This document shows, piece after piece, positions 38,307 to 50,492 of a stretch of 64,000 bases of DNA. The notes under the pieces are model-generated. The model did no database searches. It was given only the letters and a program-made list of their open reading frames with translations, and was not told where the DNA came from. Both the position numbers and the translations under genes were made by a program. Origin of the DNA: Octopus vulgaris (Eukaryota); the NCBI GenBank assembly GCA_951406725.2, contig OX597833.1, positions 54,870,001 to 54,934,000 of the forward strand. The letters are read 5' to 3'. Position 1 is the first letter of the stretch. Every line of letters starts with the position of its first letter.

Positions 38307-38875
38307 GTTTGTTCCTCATCGAGCCATGCCTGGTTCATAAGGGCTGGTTTCCCGGTTTCCTTGGCATTTAGGTTCCCCACCTGGACGGGACGCCGGTCTG
38401 TCGCAGGTGAGCTGCAAGATGCAAGAGGAGACAGTGAGAGAAAGTTGTGGCGAAGGAGTCGGCAGAAGTTTCGCCATTACATTCTGCCGGAGCCGCGTGG
38501 AGCTTAGGTGTTTCGCTCATAAACACACACATTACCAGGTCTGAGATTCAAACCCGTGATCCCACAACCGCGAGTTTGTTTGTTCCTTCTCGAGCCATGC
38601 CTGGCTCATAAGGGCCGGTTTCCCGGTTTCCTTGGCATATAGGTTCCCCACCAGGACGGGACGCCGGTCCGTCGCAGGTGAGCTGCAAGATGCAGGAGGA
38701 AAGAGTGAGAGAAAGTTGTGACGAAGGAGTCAGCAGAAGTTCGCCATTACATTCTGCCGGAGCCGCATGGAGCTTAGGTTGTTTCGCTCATAAACACACA
38801 CATTACCCGGTCTGAGATTCGAACCTGCAATCCCTCGACTGCAAGTCTGCTGCTCTAACCACTAGGCCATGTACC
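38307..38875 (-). mobile_element. Tandem dimer of SINE family D
   Basis: Two ~270-300-bp units beginning GTTTGTTCCT.CTCGAGCCATGCC; only the right-hand unit keeps the A-box end. Confidence 0.9.
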
Positions 38876-39739
38876 CAACTCTAAGCAGCAGCAGCAATGA
38901 GCAAACATTGTAGTGAGTTTAATTTACGGAGATGGCTTCAGTTTGTCCATACCAAGAACAAGAGCATCACCACACAACAAGGGATATTTGGTTCCCTAAT
39001 CTATTTAATACTACAAAAACCGAAATTAGGATCTGGTTGTATGGATCCTTATGGACCAGAATGGATTAGTTTCTTTTGAAAATGGCAAATGAATACTTCT
39101 TTGAGAAAGCTTTCATATGTTGTGGTTAACTCTTCTTTGTAGTTGATTCTGTTCCCTAACCTTATTTGTACCGAATGTGTTTGCAATCAGTTTGGTTTTG
39201 TTAATCTAGCTGTTATTAAATTTAGTTAGCAATTTATATTATACCTCGTTGCTTTTATATATATATGTTTGTTTGTGTGTGTCTGTATATATATATATAT
39301 ATATAAATGCTGTGACTACAAAGACCCGGGCTGCTAATTTCTGATTAATGGAATTCCTTATAATATTGATGAATCAAATGCCATCTACTGGAAGAAAACT
39401 AATTTGATCTTTTCTCTACAACCACTTTATCTGCCATTAGCTTTTATATATGTTTGTGTGTGTGTGTCTGTATATATATATATATCAGTATATATGCATA
39501 AGTGTATGTATGTAGGCTTGAGAAATGGTACATATATATGCCATAGAATGTTTTATGATATATGTACGTGACTTACTGTTAGCTTTCTTCTGTTTCATGA
39601 AAAAAATGTGCGTGTGTGTGTGTGTGTGTGTGCATGCATGTGTGTTTGTATGTATGCACATGTGTGTGTGTGTGTGTGTGTGTGTGTATTGTTATTTTGA
39701 AGTCAAGTTTTTGTACATGTAACAACAGAAGGTTTTACA

Positions 39740-40275
39740 GTTCTATATTTAAGAGATGAGGAATCATGTATGTTATTTACATTATTTACATTCAATGGAT
39801 ATTTGTCCTCATCTTGTTTGTTGTTAACACAACGTTTCAGCTGATATACCCTCCAGCCTTCTTCAGGTGTATTGGGGAAATTTCGAACCTGGGTTCTCAT
39901 TCCTAATGTATTTTTCGATGTTGTTGTTGTTGTTATTATTATTACTATTGTTCAGATCACTGCTTGGAACCGAACTCGGAATCTTGGGGTTAGTAGCCTG
40001 TGGGCTTAACCACTATGCCATATGCTCACGGGCATATGGCATAGTGGTTAAGAGTGCAAGCTGCTAACTCCAAGATTCCGAGTTCGATTCCAAGCAGTGA
40101 CCTGAGCAATAACAATAATAATGATAATAATAACATCGAAAAATACCTTGGGAATGAGAACCCAAGTTCAAAATTTCCCCAAGACACCTGAAGAAGACTG
40201 GAAGGTATATCAGCAAAAACGTGTTAACAAGAAGCAGGATGAGGACAAATATCCGTCGAATGTAAATAATGAACA
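39740..40275. mobile_element. Head-to-head palindrome of a tRNA-headed, hammerhead-tailed element
   Basis: Centre at 40026-40030; each arm = A-box TGGCATAGTGG, B-box GAGTTCG.TTCC, (AAT)n, then ACAC-CTGAAGA-A-GGCTG..CAGCT-GAAA-CG-TT-GTGT (intact at 39826-39871, minus strand). Confidence 0.8.
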
Positions 40276-40299
40276 GAAGGTTTGTTGCACTGACATCTT

Positions 40300-40341
<42 letters not shown>

Positions 40342-40964
40342 TTGCCTTTTGATGTAAAGTTCTTCTATGAATTATGTTATAGAATTTGTTACCGGTCTCA
40401 GTAGTTCTTCTAGTGATATCTTTCATAAGTCTGATACTTATTCCATTGATCTCTTTTGCCGAAATTCTAGTTCACAGGGATGCAAACAAACCAACACTGG
40501 CTTTCAAGTGTTGGAGGAAAGAAATGCAAACGCAGAAATGCACCACACAGACACATAACCATGATGGGCTTCAAATGAGTTTCCATCAAACCATATTTAC
40601 TTGAATTGGTCTGCTCGGGGCTCTTGTAGAAGACTTGCCCAAGGTGTTGTATAGTGAGATTGAACCTGAAACCACGTGGTTGTCTGGTGAGTTTCTTAAC
40701 CACACAATAGATGGAAGAGCTGAGGCATGTTGTTGTTGTTATTGTTAGTCTCAGTTCATCCTCATTGAACAAAGCTTTGATCATAAGCATTTAAGCCCTG
40801 ATCGTCCTTTCTGACCATTTAATATGTCCTTTCTGGTGTAAGGCAATCTGGTTTAATTTGAGGGGAGGTTTGGTTGCCATTTCTTGCAGGTAGAGTGACT
40901 ACCTAAAAGTAGTGAGTAGATGACTCATGTATGCCAAATAATTTTGTAGAAAAAAAAAAATCAA

Positions 40965-41374
40965 ATGGAAATTGTAGTTGCGATACCTGTGCCGGTGACA
41001 CGTAAAAAGCACCATCCGTACGTGGCCGATGCCAGCCCTGCCTTGACTGGCTTCCGTGCCGGTGGCATGTAAAGAGCACCAACCGATCGTGGCCATTGCC
41101 AGCCTCCCCTGGCACCTGTGCTGGTGGCACGTAAAAAGCACCATCCGTACGTGGCCGATGCCAGCCCCGCCATGACTGGCTGCCATGCCGGTGGCACGTA
41201 AAAAGCACCCACTACACTCATGGAGTGGTTGGCGTTAGGAAGGGCATCCAGCTGTAAGAACTCTGCCAGATCAGACTGGAGCCTGGTGCAGCCTCCTGGC
41301 TTTCCAGACCCTGGTCGAACCGTCCAACCCATGCTAGCATGGAAAACGGACGTTAAACGATGATGATGATGATG
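40965..41374 (+). mobile_element. Family C element with internal tandem subrepeats and (GAT)n tail
   Basis: Four GTGCCGGTGGCACGTAAAAAGCACC-type units, then GGCGTTAGGAAGGGCATCCAGCTG and (GAT)n. Confidence 0.85.
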
Positions 41375-42484
41375 ACTGCCCAGGGTCATATCAAAATGTT
41401 TATAATGGATTTAAACTCATAACCCACGGAGTGGTTTGTGGTGTAGTCCAATACCGCATCCATTTTGCTTAATTTGCCTGGAGTTGGTAAAGAACTCTTC
41501 TCGAAATGAAGGTCCCCAACCTTTCCTGTAATGTAGGCTTCCATTTTACACAATTATAATTTGACATTAAAGCTCTCTCTAATAATTACTATATTTTCTT
41601 TTTTTTTTTTACTCTATATTTGTCCTATTTTATTTTACAAAATAAGTTCTGTAATGAAGTGAGAATTTTAGTATAGATTTATTTTTATTATTTTGTTATT
41701 ATTCAATTTCTTTTTATTTTATTATTTTGTTGCTTTCTGCTTTTGTTCTTCCTGTTAATTCTTTGATCAACACCAGCAATCTAAAAATGAAAGCTTCTTC
41801 TCTTTAATTAAAGAAAGGAAATTTATGGTCTGAAGTCACACCATTTGCTAGCATACAATCTATTAAAAATCCGTTCAGTTGTTACACACACATCTCATCC
41901 TTTAAAATTAGACCTAGATATAATCAAAAAGCCTTGATAGTTTCTCACATACTGAGTAAAAAGAAAAAAAAAGGAAAAAAAAAAAACCAAAAACAAAACA
42001 AAACAAATAGTATTGACTTTTTCCTTTCTTTCATGCCTGCAACCCTCCCATCCTTTCCCCCCTCCCCTTGCTGCTACTACTTTTACTAAAACTACTGTTG
42101 CTACTACTACCACTACCACTACTACAACTACATGTAGTGTGTTATTTGAACCATCTCATATTAAATAGTACTCTTCTATTAAGGATTACCCCTGTGACAA
42201 ATAAAGGATTATGATGAATAATTACCATCTTTGCATCATCGTTTTCAATGTCATCGTTATCATCATCATCATCACCATCATTGTTGCTTTTTTTAAATTT
42301 TGGTGTGTGTGTGTGTGTGTGTGCGCTCGCGCGTACGCATCAATTTGAAAAATTTTGTCGTTAGCTGTTTAAACCTCCAGCATTTAAACTGGCCTTATCT
42401 GTACAAAGATGTTCTGCGTCTTTTATGTTCAGACTAGTCAGATCCAACATCTCACACCTATCCTACAATGTTGTAAAAATAAAC

Positions 42485-42915
42485 AGGAGTGGCTGTGTGG
42501 TAAGTAGCTTGCTAACCAACCACATGGTTCCGGGTTCAGTCCCACTGCGTGGCATCTTGGGCAAGTGTCTTCTGCTATAGCCCCGGGCCGACCAATGCCT
42601 TGTGAGTGGATTTGGTAGACGGAAACTGAAAGAAGCCTGTCGTATATATGTATATATATATATATATATAAATATATATATATATATGTGTATGTGTGTG
42701 TGTTTGTGTGTCTGTGTTTGTCCCCCTAGCATTGCTTGACAACCGATGCTGGTGTGTTTATGTCCCCGTTACTTAGCGGTTCGGCAAAAGAGACTGATAG
42801 AATAAGTACTGGGCTTACAAAAAGAATAAGTCCCGGGGTCGAGTTGCTCGATTAAAGGCGGTGCTCCAGCATGGCTGCAGTCAAATGACTGAAACAAGTA
42901 AAAGAGTAAAAGAGT
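42485..42915 (+). mobile_element. SINE family A, young copy interrupting a TTAA-type MITE
   Basis: Intact head, linker and tail; MITE sequence on both sides. Confidence 0.9.
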
Positions 42916-42991
42916 CACATCACTGAAATATTGAAGCTACAAGATAATGCACGATTAATTAAAAACTGGTCATGTCAGGCTCAAATATTCT

Positions 42992-43316
42992 ATCTCATGT
43001 TAAGCTCATCTCTACAGATTTTCTATAGAAATTATAGCTAGCACTGACTTTGTTGCAACATATCCAAGACATCAGGTGTAAACAAACAATGAGGTCAATG
43101 ATGAAAATATGGGCAATGGGCATGTATGTCATATTTCAGAAATTTTTGCTCCTTCATCAAACTCCTGGAATATGGCATATACGCCTATTAACCTTTTTTC
43201 ATCTTTCGACCTCATTGTTTGTTTAAATCTGGTGTCTTGGGATACGAAACATTGTTACAAAATCAGTTCTGGCTATAATTTATATAATCTATAAAGAGAT
43301 GAACTTAACATGTGAT
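42992..43316. repeat. Long imperfect foldback (~155-bp arms, short loop)
   Basis: For example AAACAAACAATGAGGTC / GACCTCATTGTTTGTTT and CATGTTAAGCTCATCTCT / AGAGATGAACTTAACATG. Confidence 0.85.
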
Positions 43317-43534
43317 TTAAGTGCACTGTTAACACAATAGAACACAGTATTGACTTATAAAAACGTTTAATAAAGCCGTTTGTTGGCTTAGGGCTATAAT
43401 AGAAGACACTTGGCCGAGTTGTCAAGAGTTGGAATTGAACTTAAAACCAAGTGGTTGCAATGTGAGCTTCTTAACCACACAGTTGTCAAGTGGTAGTGGT
43501 TGGGGTCAAACACAATGCCATATACACACATACA

Positions 43535-43569
<35 letters not shown>

Positions 43570-43588
43570 CAATGAATATGTGTATATA

Positions 43589-43632
<44 letters not shown>

Positions 43633-43634
43633 AA

Positions 43635-44258
43635 TGAGGGGGTGCTGAAAAGTTCCTGGCTTTGGGTAAAAGAAAATATAGGGGGATCAGGTAATTATGA
43701 TTTTATTGCAACATATTCCCCCTCTCAGATCCACTCACTTATTGCAGTTGTCCTATGGTTTTTGTTTTTTCTAAGCCCTGTAAAAGAACCCAGAAAGTTG
43801 GGCCTCCAACTAGGCCTTTCACAATATCCATAAAGCCAGGAAAGTGGCAAGCTGGCAGAAACGTTAGCATGCCAGGCGAAATGCTTAGCAGTATTTTGTT
43901 CTGAGTTCAAATTCCGCCGAGGTCAACTTTGCCTTTCATCCTTTTGGAGTCGATTAAATAAGTACCAGTTACGCACTGGGGTCGATGTAATTGACTTAAT
44001 CCCTTTGTCTGTCCTTGTTTGTCCCCTCTGTGTTTAGCCCCTTGTGGGTAGTAAAGAAATAGGTATTTCGTTCTGAGTTCAAATTCCACCGAGGTCAACT
44101 TTGCCTTTCATCCTTTCGGGGTTGATAAATTAAGTACCAGTTTCATACTGGGGTTGATCTAATGAACTGGCCCCCTCCCCTGAAATTTTGGGCCTTGTGC
44201 CTAAAGTAGAAAGAAGAAAAAACCCTGTAAATCCCAGGAACTTTTTGGTACTCACTCG
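43635..44258. mobile_element. mariner-like MITE containing a dimeric SINE B (43845-44215)
   Basis: TGAGGGGGTGCTGAAAAGTTCCTGG ... CCAGGAACTTTT...CTCG-TA; two SINE B bodies inside. Confidence 0.75.
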
Positions 44259-45202
44259 TACACACATTGGACTTCCACACAGTTTCCGTCAGCCAAATTC
44301 ACTCACAAGCCATTTGTATGCTTAGGGCTATAATAGAAGACACTTGGCTGAGTTGTCAAGAGTTGGAACTGAACTTAAAACCAAGTGGTTGCAATGTAAG
44401 CTTCTTAACCACACAGAAGAAGAGAGAAAGACCAAAGAAGACGAATGGGGGGGGGGAACTGAACTTCATGAAAGGAAATAACAAAACTCTGTAATAAATG
44501 TTATTGAAATACTTGCACCGAGTAAGTTTCGACCAGTTCTTGCAAAGTTAGGAAAACAAACGTTAAATTATGATGATATGCTTAACAAGAGAGACCCAAC
44601 AATTTAAACTTATTTGAAATAGTTGCTGTCAATTTGAATACATGAATGTAAATTGAGTGTTAATCTTATTGGAGAAAATGATGATGTTCGTTCAGACTCT
44701 GGGGTGATGAAGGTGGAGGAATGTTAACTACCATATTAATATTTTGTATGATTAATGTGCTGATGTGCTACAGTTGTTAGGCGGTACTACTGCATAACTG
44801 ATGACATGGTTTTTGAGTTCAAATCTTACTACTGCCATTTGTATTGTTCATGCAGGTGAACCAAATAGCTTTGGTCACCTGTCACTTTTGGCTTGATTAG
44901 CTGGTTTTTCCATGCCTGCTTTATAGTCAACGGGGTTATTTAAAAGAAGGGTACCCAACTGTAAAGACATGCTTCTGCAATGAGCAAGTTCATACTAGTT
45001 TAGAACGACAGTTCTATAACAGATATTTTATAGAATTTGTTTGCTTTTCTCTAAATAAACTACATTTGTGTTTTTTTCATCAAAGCTTGAAATCATTATT
45101 TCATTCCTATGTTGTTAAAACCCTCAGTTTGTCCCTTATCATGTAGACCCCCTTATCAAAGACATTCTTGCCATTCCTGCAGTTTGTTAGATCCTGTTAA
45201 AC

Positions 45203-45413
45203 AGGACAACGGAAAACCTGGCTAATCTGGAACCCAACCTAGGCCCCCATGTCTACGGCGTTCGCCCCTGGAATAAGGAGTGGTTGAAGATCACGCGGTC
45301 GTTAGCCTCAAATCACCAGGCCTGGTCGGCGTTTGTAAGAGATGCAGCATTGAGGATGAATGAAGCCAGCTCAGCCCACCCCGGGTGAATGTTGTCTCAA
45401 GACAAGAAGAAGA
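45203..45413 (+). mobile_element. 5'-truncated RTE-clade LINE 3' end
   Basis: ...LEPNLGPHVYGVRPWNKEWLKITRSLASNHQAWSAFVRDAALRMNEASSAHPG*; (AAG)n tail; 14-bp TSD agatc(c/t)tgttaaac at 45189-45202 and 45414-45427. Confidence 0.8.
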
Positions 45414-45504
45414 AGATCTTGTTAAACTCCCTGAAGCATGCCAACATAGAAAAAGGGTGTTAAATGGTGTTGAATATATGTAGGGCAAGTTTATTATCTG
45501 GTGC

Positions 45505-45652
45505 GAGTTCACGTTCAGCCGAGGTTGACTTTGCCTTTCATCCTTTCGGGGTCGATAAATTAAGTACCAGTTACGCACTGGGGTCTATGTAATTGACTTA
45601 ATCCCTTTGTTTGTCCCCTCTATGTTTAGCCCCTTGTGGGCAATAAGGAAAT
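45505..45652 (+). mobile_element. 5'-truncated SINE family B
   Basis: Family B core and tail. Confidence 0.8.
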
Positions 45653-46559
45653 ATATCTGGTGTTGACAGCAAAGTATAATTTGATGGTATGAGATGACTT
45701 GGAGCTGATGTTTGGACAAAGACAACTCAGCACGGCTGGCTGCACAATACTTTTTGGTGCTAGAGACAAACACACGCACACATTTTCATTTTCAGCTGTG
45801 GCCATGCTGGGGCACCACCATTAAAAATAATCGCACACACATGCAAAAATATGCACAGTTTGATAGAATAAATGAGAGAGAGAGAGAGATCAGTCTTTGT
45901 TTGCTATTCTCCTCTTACACGAGAAATGTGTGCACACACAAAAACAGAGATAGAGAGAAAGAGAGAGAGATTAAGATGTTTAATATCAAATCAGTGTCAC
46001 ATCAGCAGTACCAAAAATGGCTATGCCAAAACATACCTATAATTTGGGAGAGAGATTTAATTTCTATATATAACAGGTTTAGCAAGTGTGTAGTCTTGTT
46101 TTCTTTTAAGGTGCTAATTGTCAAAAATTTTCATTGATATATATGTGTGTGTGTCTGTGTGTGTGTGTGTATAGAGAGAGAAAAATAAAGATAATAAATT
46201 TTCATAGATAGGATAGATTTTTAGTTCTTTCTCTAATCTGACAAAGGATGTTTGACAGTTTGTCAATTTCAGTTTATTTGGACGAGACAAAGATGGTTTT
46301 GCAGTTCTTCAATTTAAATGAGGCAGGCAATGTTTGACAGTTTGTCATTTCGGTAATATCAACCAGTTTGTTACTATTAATGATATCAGACAGATATTAC
46401 TTGTTATTTCAACTTTATACTTTCACCGTATCAGATATGTTTGATATAAAAATATCTTTTTGTTTTTTTTTTTGTTTTTTGTTTTCTACTCCTGTCCCCC
46501 CCCCATATCATAACTGCAACTTCCCCCATCTCGTAATAAAACATATGATAAATTTGCTT

Positions 46560-46960
46560 CGACCGTTTGTTTGTTCCAAGGATATTTAACCCTTTATTAG
46601 ATTATCTGTATTCAAACTTCCTTAAGGTGTCAAACATATTTTCTCCCCCAAAGATTGATCAGTGTTTATGTGACGGCATCATGCCGTTTCTATAGATTAA
46701 ACTGCAATGCACATTCTTGTAGAGGATGGAATCGATATTATTCCAAATATGCTTTGTTTGGTTTGTTGTCTGGGTAGTTATCAAAAGCAGGGAAGTAAAT
46801 TGAATTTGCCTGTTCTAGTTTGCTAGAATGTCGATTAACATATTGACCTGTTGGTTTGCAACTGCACATCAGAGGTTGTGTGTCAACCGTTGTCATAAGA
46901 AGATGCACCTGACCAAGCAACTGTCTCCTTGACATGCTCTGGTATTTACAGAAAGGTTTA
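46560..46960 (-). pseudogene. Possible decayed DNA-transposon (Academ/XPG-like nuclease) coding remnant
   Basis: LLGQVHL...YVNRH...AFDNYPDNKPNK loosely resembles the LLH.V.W...YV..H...VFDGY...STK motif; stop codons present. Confidence 0.25.
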
Positions 46961-47079
46961 CTTTGGTATTAAAAGAATTTAATACATACCAGATAAGCAC
47001 TAATTGCACTACCGTTATCATTAACATCATGATCCAGCAAGTGGAACTTGTATGTAGTCTCTTTCACCAGTTCAATATA

Positions 47080-47495
47080 TATTTCTTTACTACCCGCAAG
47101 GGGCTAAGCACTGAGGGGACAAACAAGGACAGACAAAGGGATTAAGTCGATTACATCGACCCCAGTGCGTAACTGGTACTTAATTTATTGACCCCGAAAG
47201 GATGAAAGGCAAAGTCAACCTCGGCAGAATTTGAACTCGCAACGTAACGGCAGACGAAATACCTATTTCTTTACTACCCACAAAGGGCTAAACACAGAGG
47301 GGACAAACAAGGACAGACAAAGGGATTAAGTCGATTACATCGAGCTCAGTGCGTAACTGGTACTTAATTTATCGACCCCGAAAGGATGGCAGGCAAAGTC
47401 GACCTCGTCGGAATTTGAACTCAGAACGTAACGACAGACGAAATACGGCTATGCATTTTGCCCGGCGTGCTAATGTTTCTGCCAGCTCGCCGCCT
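47080..47495 (-). mobile_element. SINE family B dimer within one TSD
   Basis: Two bodies and one head; TSD ttcaatata at 47071-47079 and 47496-47504. Confidence 0.9.
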
Positions 47496-48009
47496 TTCAA
47501 TATAACTGCCAAATCTTTATCAACAAATTCTTTATTGTCATTGAAAATGATCCCTGTGTTATTAGAAACCCTAAGAACCTTAAGAACAATATGCTTGAAA
47601 TTTAAGATGGAATTGTAATGGGAAGAATTACTGATTGATGACTCATAGGATTACTTACTTCTTGCGATACCAAACCTCCATTTTGTTCCTGGGAAACTAA
47701 AACGGAAACTGAAGTTTATTGCATCAAAGAGTTTTCCCTAACTACAATAAATATTTTATTTTGTTTAGTTGACAGGAATGAAATTCTTTTATTCTGGAAT
47801 GCAACATAACATCTATGATTTTGTTCTTTAGTTTGTAATTAATTCTCCTGTGATTGACTGTTACCAATAAATCTTCTAGCATTTCGTTTTGTGTTGCTGG
47901 GTATACTTATACAACCATATTTCATCTTAGCACGATTGTTAGGAGGTTACCCCACAGAGAGATTGGTGACCTACCCTATCAAGGGCAGATTTATCACTCA
48001 TCTGTTTAA

Positions 48010-48452
48010 CCCTTAAGCATTCAAATTACTTTGTCAAATGTAATTGTTATTTACTCAAATTGCTTTGAATTAATCATGCCTTATCTTGTAGCTTTGAAAT
48101 TTTGATGATGTTTATTTGTAGAATTACATTGTAGGGTAGGTATAAGAAACCAGAGGTGATTAGTTTGAACATAAAACAGGTAGAATATTCGGGCTGAATA
48201 TGGCCAATTTAACCCTTTAGCATTCAAACCGGCCATATCCGGCCAAAATATTTAACCTGTTTTATATTGAAACTGACCAGATCTTGCCTCTTACCTCAGC
48301 TCTACCATGTCATTCTAAAACTAAAAAAACCACATCACTGCAATCTCTAAACTACAAGGTAATACATGATTAATTCAAAACAATATAAATAAACAAACAT
48401 CACATTTGACAGAATAATCTGAACACTAAAGGGTTAAATGCTAAACAGATAA
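48010..48452. mobile_element. TTAA MITE (48213-48433) inserted in inverted orientation at the internal TTAA of a sibling
   Basis: GGCCAAT-TTAA-[CCCTTTAG...CTAAAGGG]-TTAA-ATGCTAAA. Confidence 0.85.
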
Positions 48453-49075
48453 CCTCATGAAGCTGATGTTAAGCTTCAGCCTTCAGAATTATTTTTGGAG
48501 CTTTGGCGGCATATAATGAGAAACTCTAGGTACCTGTATTCAATACTGTCTTTTTCTAAGACACTGTTATTAAAGCACTTGTACCTGTGTTCATTCTTGA
48601 AATATGTATTCAATCCTTTTGATATCACCCGACCTAAAATCACCCATAATTCTGTGTTACCAATTTTCCATTTCAAAGTTAATTTCATGTTAATTTATGC
48701 TTGAAATACCAGCTTAATAATGTCAAAGCTATTTTACTGAATTCTTTATTAATTTCAAATTAATGAAACAGAGGCAGTGTATTTCAACAGATCTCTGTTT
48801 AAAAAAAGAGATGAAAAATATTTCATTCCCATTTTATTGTCTTCCTTTTCTTCTTTTTGTGTTGTTGGATTTTCCAAACTAGGAATCTAATATTGCAAGT
48901 TAAACAAAAATTGAAATCAAAAAGTTATATTATCAATTTTATTACTGAATTTAACGAAGTTTTTGTCTCAGTCAAAACATAATTTGTTGATTCAAAGTGT
49001 TTCCCCCTGATTTGTAAATTATGAACAAAAATCTTTTTGATTATTTCAAAATTTGGAAAATGAAACATTATTTAA

Positions 49076-49640
49076 CCCTTTAGCATTTAAATTATTCTCT
49101 CAAATGTAATGCTTATTCATTGATATTGGTTTTTCATTCATATTAATTACACATTATCTCATAGCTTTGAGATTTTAGTGGCATGATTGTTTATATCATA
49201 TATGTGCAAAACAAGCATGCGCACAAGTGCACACACAGATACCCACATACAGGGACTAAGAAATGCACCACACATTTTATACACATAATTATAAGCATTA
49301 GATACCTACCCAGCAATGTCGGGTAGGTATAAGAGGGTGGATTTGGTTGATTTGAACATAGAGTAGGCAGAATATTTGGCCTGGCTGGCCATGGCTGATT
49401 TAACCCTTTCATTACCGTGTTTATTTTGACATGCTCTGTGCTTCTTTCAATTATTTTAAATATAACAAAGAATTTAGTAAAATAATTTAATTATCATTAA
49501 GCTAGTGTTAGGAACATAAATTGGGACTAAAGTTTGGTGGAAGATTTTAATTCAGAACTTAAGAAAACAAGACATTTGTACTCAAAGCTAGAGCCGGTTT
49601 CAGCCGGTTTGGTAATGAAAGGGTTAAATAATACAGGATT
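49076..49640. mobile_element. TTAA MITE subfamily 1 with subfamily 2 (49404-49623) nested at the internal TTAA
   Basis: GGCTGAT-TTAA-[CCCTTTCATTACC...GGTAATGAAAGGG]-TTAA. Confidence 0.8.
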
Positions 49641-50455
49641 AAAAAGGGGAAACAGAAAATGGACTTTATTTGAATTTCTTACCTGGGTCAATGCTGTACC
49701 TAAAATTGAATTAACTCACCTGTTTTGTCTCTCACAATAATATTCAAAGTTGAGAATAATTATATACCTTGTTATTTGTCTATAACAAAGAAAATGATTA
49801 TTAAAGGTGTTTTCAGGTATCCCACCTGACATAGATTAACATCACTGTCAGCCACTGACAAAGCACATGTATTCTATTAAGTACCTACAGGCCCTTATTT
49901 TTTATATATTTTGATTCCATTGAAGATGAGGGCATAGTAAATTGAAATGAACCCATATATTATTTGGTATTGTGAACCCTTTGATATACAAAATGGTGTC
50001 TACTTAGGCGAGATTTGAACTCAGAATGTTGAGGAGACAAAATGAAATATTTAATGTGATATAGTTTGATACTCTATCTTTTTGTTTGTCATCCGAGTGC
50101 CATTAATTATAACTACCTTATTTGAGTGCAGTAGTGTCATTTAGCCAGGCATGAAGTCCCTTGTACATCTTTAGTTTCTCTTGGTAACACTAATTAGATC
50201 ATAATTATATTTCATTCTCAGTTGGAGTGACCTCGCTGAAGTGCTAATGCCCTTTGGTAAGGCAGAACTATTACGGTTAGCTATTCTACCTAATTAACAA
50301 ATAATTAGTTATTCTACTTCATTGTATCATTCAGCTCATCTCTGCCTCAGGTGTGTATAATATGTATATTGCGTACATGTATGTGAGTGTATATGTATGG
50401 TTATATTTCAATGCTAGTATTTTGGAATTGTTTGACTATGTACGATTCTATCTGT

Positions 50456-50492
<37 letters not shown>

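Noticed and set aside
40030-40102. tRNA-like sequences (also the heads of SINE A, B and D)
   Set aside because: No proper acceptor stem, and they are continuous with repeat bodies, so they are SINE heads rather than tRNA genes.
40985-41210. Repeat-spacer pattern resembling CRISPR
   Set aside because: The spacers themselves repeat, the context is eukaryotic, and the pattern is part of a dispersed element also found at 62561-62700.
46433-46448. AGATATGTTTGATATA, matching the 5' part of miR-190
   Set aside because: The 3' end diverges and there is no complementary star arm; it is a local AT-rich palindrome.
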